Source: Clostridia bacterium | Lineage (GTDB): Bacteria; Bacillota; Clostridia; Oscillospirales; CAG-272 | Direction: 5' to 3' | Length of the DNA stretch: 59,144 nucleotides | Assembly: GCA_017531765.1 (NCBI GenBank) | Contig: JAFXKJ010000075.1 | Coordinates: 1-59,144, forward strand | Part shown: in pieces, positions 58,246 through 59,144 of the stretch | Numbering within the stretch: the first letter of the stretch is position 1 | How the letters are laid out: each line of letters begins with the position of its first letter | Notes under the pieces: generated by a model | Seen by the model: the letters and a program-made list of their open reading frames with translations, nothing else | Database searches by the model: none | Told to the model about the DNA's origin: nothing | Translations under genes and position numbers: made by a program

Positions 58246-59144
58246 ATGACACTAAAGAAACTGCTGTGCGTACTGCTTGCTTCCGTTATGCTTCTCGGTA
58301 TGACAGCAACAGTCAGTGTTGGAGCCTCAGAAGACGAGCTTCCCTTCACTGACGTCGCGAAGGATTGGGCGTATGAGCCTATCAAGTACGTTTACGAAAA
58401 GGGACTTATGAACGGTACCGGGGGCACAAGCTTCAGCCCCAAGGCTCCCCTTACGAGAGCAATGGTAGTAACTGTACTCTACCGTCTTGCGGGCAGTCCT
58501 ACTGTATACTATAAAAGAGACCTTTGTCACGACCTTGACTACGGTAAATTTTATACCGATGCAGTTGTGTGGGCACTTGAGAACGGAGTAGTTACAGGTA
58601 CTCATACTGACGATTGGGGTGTTCCCTACTTCTCTCCCGACAGAAACATTACCCGTCAGGAGCTTGCAACTCTGTTCGTAAGATTTGCAAAGTATCAGAG
58701 AGTTATTCTTGCTGAAAACGGCAACATAAGTAAATTCACCGATGCAGATAAAGTTGCTTCATGGGCGGCGGAGGCTATGAAGTGGGCAAATAACGCAGGC
58801 CTTATCAACGGTACCGGAGACGGAACTACCCTCTCCCCCACAGGCGAAGCCACCCGCGAGCAGTTTGCAGCTATTACTCAGCGTTACTGTAACGGTGAAT
58901 TTGACCATTCCGTTTACTACGCTGAGCCTGAAACAGGTAACAGCTACAAGAGACCCGTATACGAGCTTTGCAATGATGCTGACGTTTACGTAGCTGTAGA
59001 CGGAAACGACAAGAATCCCGGTACTCTTGACAAACCTCTTGCAACTCTTGAAGGAGCAAGAAACAAGGTGCGTGAGCTTAAGAAGACTGCAAAGGACGAG
59101 ATCGTTGTAGCCTTCAAGGCAGGCGAATATGAGTCTCCCGACAA
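58246..59144 (+). CDS. Secreted SLH-domain protein, N-terminal part (3' end lies outside the window)
   Basis: AAGGAGG lies 8 nt upstream of ATG 58246. Signal peptide MTLKKLLCVLLASVMLLGMTATVSVGA. Three SLH-like repeats follow: FTDVAKDWAYEPIKYVYEKGLMNGT, YTDAVVWALENGVVTGT and FTDADKVASWAAEAMKWANNAGLINGT. The sequence then reads VYVAVDGNDKNPGTLDKPLATLEGAR, which is typical of the start of a right-handed beta-helix domain. The frame is open to the window end and is absent from the ORF track. Confidence 0.8.
   Translation, partial: MTLKKLLCVLLASVMLLGMTATVSVGASEDELPFTDVAKDWAYEPIKYVYEKGLMNGTGGTSFSPKAPLTRAMVVTVLYRLAGSPTVYYKRDLCHDLDYGKFYTDAVVWALENGVVTGTHTDDWGVPYFSPDRNITRQELATLFVRFAKYQRVILAENGNISKFTDADKVASWAAEAMKWANNAGLINGTGDGTTLSPTGEATREQFAAITQRYCNGEFDHSVYYAEPETGNSYKRPVYELCNDADVYVAVDGNDKNPGTLDKPLATLEGARNKVRELKKTAKDEIVVAFKAGEYESPD

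Overview
This is a 59.1-kb, mostly housekeeping chromosomal segment from a low-GC, spore-forming Firmicute. The Clostridia-like assignment is inferred from gene content: spoIIID, an alpha/beta SASP, a GerA/SpoVAF-type protein, WhiA, an SLH-domain protein, and the conserved block nusB-xseA-xseB-ispA-tlyA-nadK-argR-recN. I call about 53 protein-coding genes. Two are cut by the window edges and one histidine kinase is frameshifted. I also call a set of near-consensus sigma-A promoters, rho-independent terminators, and one candidate yybP-ykoY (Mn2+) riboswitch ahead of a P-type ATPase. By eye I found no rRNA, tRNA, CRISPR array, transposase, integrase or phage genes.

Gene order: GGGtGRT fragment; secreted Cys-rich repeat protein; MarR, sugar nucleotidyltransferase, galE, galM; spoIIID; SASP; EamA transporter; GrpB; aconitase and icd; HTH-OPRT-like fusion, pyrF, HAD phosphatase; riboswitch and P-type ATPase; PBP1A; dnaE; whiA; murB; recN; argR; nadK; tlyA; ispA; xseB; xseA; TsaD-like protein; nusB; citrate synthase; Rrf2, nifS, nifU; second TlyA-like methyltransferase; Fe-S flavoprotein; 5'-nucleotidase; ECF-like sigma, DUF4367-type anti-sigma and three orphan envelope proteins; SulP, TraX, tandem PHP; NUDIX; ychF; OmpR-type regulator and broken kinase; THUMP methyltransferase; GerA-family protein; AraC; GH109-like oxidoreductase; SLH protein.

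I did not find a clear-cut new multi-gene system such as a defence island or biosynthetic cluster. The best candidates for something undescribed are:
- An XRE-HTH fused to a catalytically degenerate orotate-phosphoribosyltransferase domain, sitting directly in front of pyrF. It may be a PRPP/orotate-sensing pyrimidine regulator.
- The sigma/anti-sigma module at 41.1-44.8 kb, which has a duplicated ~40-bp promoter-like box, a strongly ribosome-bound 22-codon mini-ORF and orphan envelope proteins.
- A ~170-nt structured leader ahead of citrate synthase.
- A 340-bp structured convergent intergenic region at 48.7-49.1 kb.

All family assignments come from motif recognition by eye, not from database searches.
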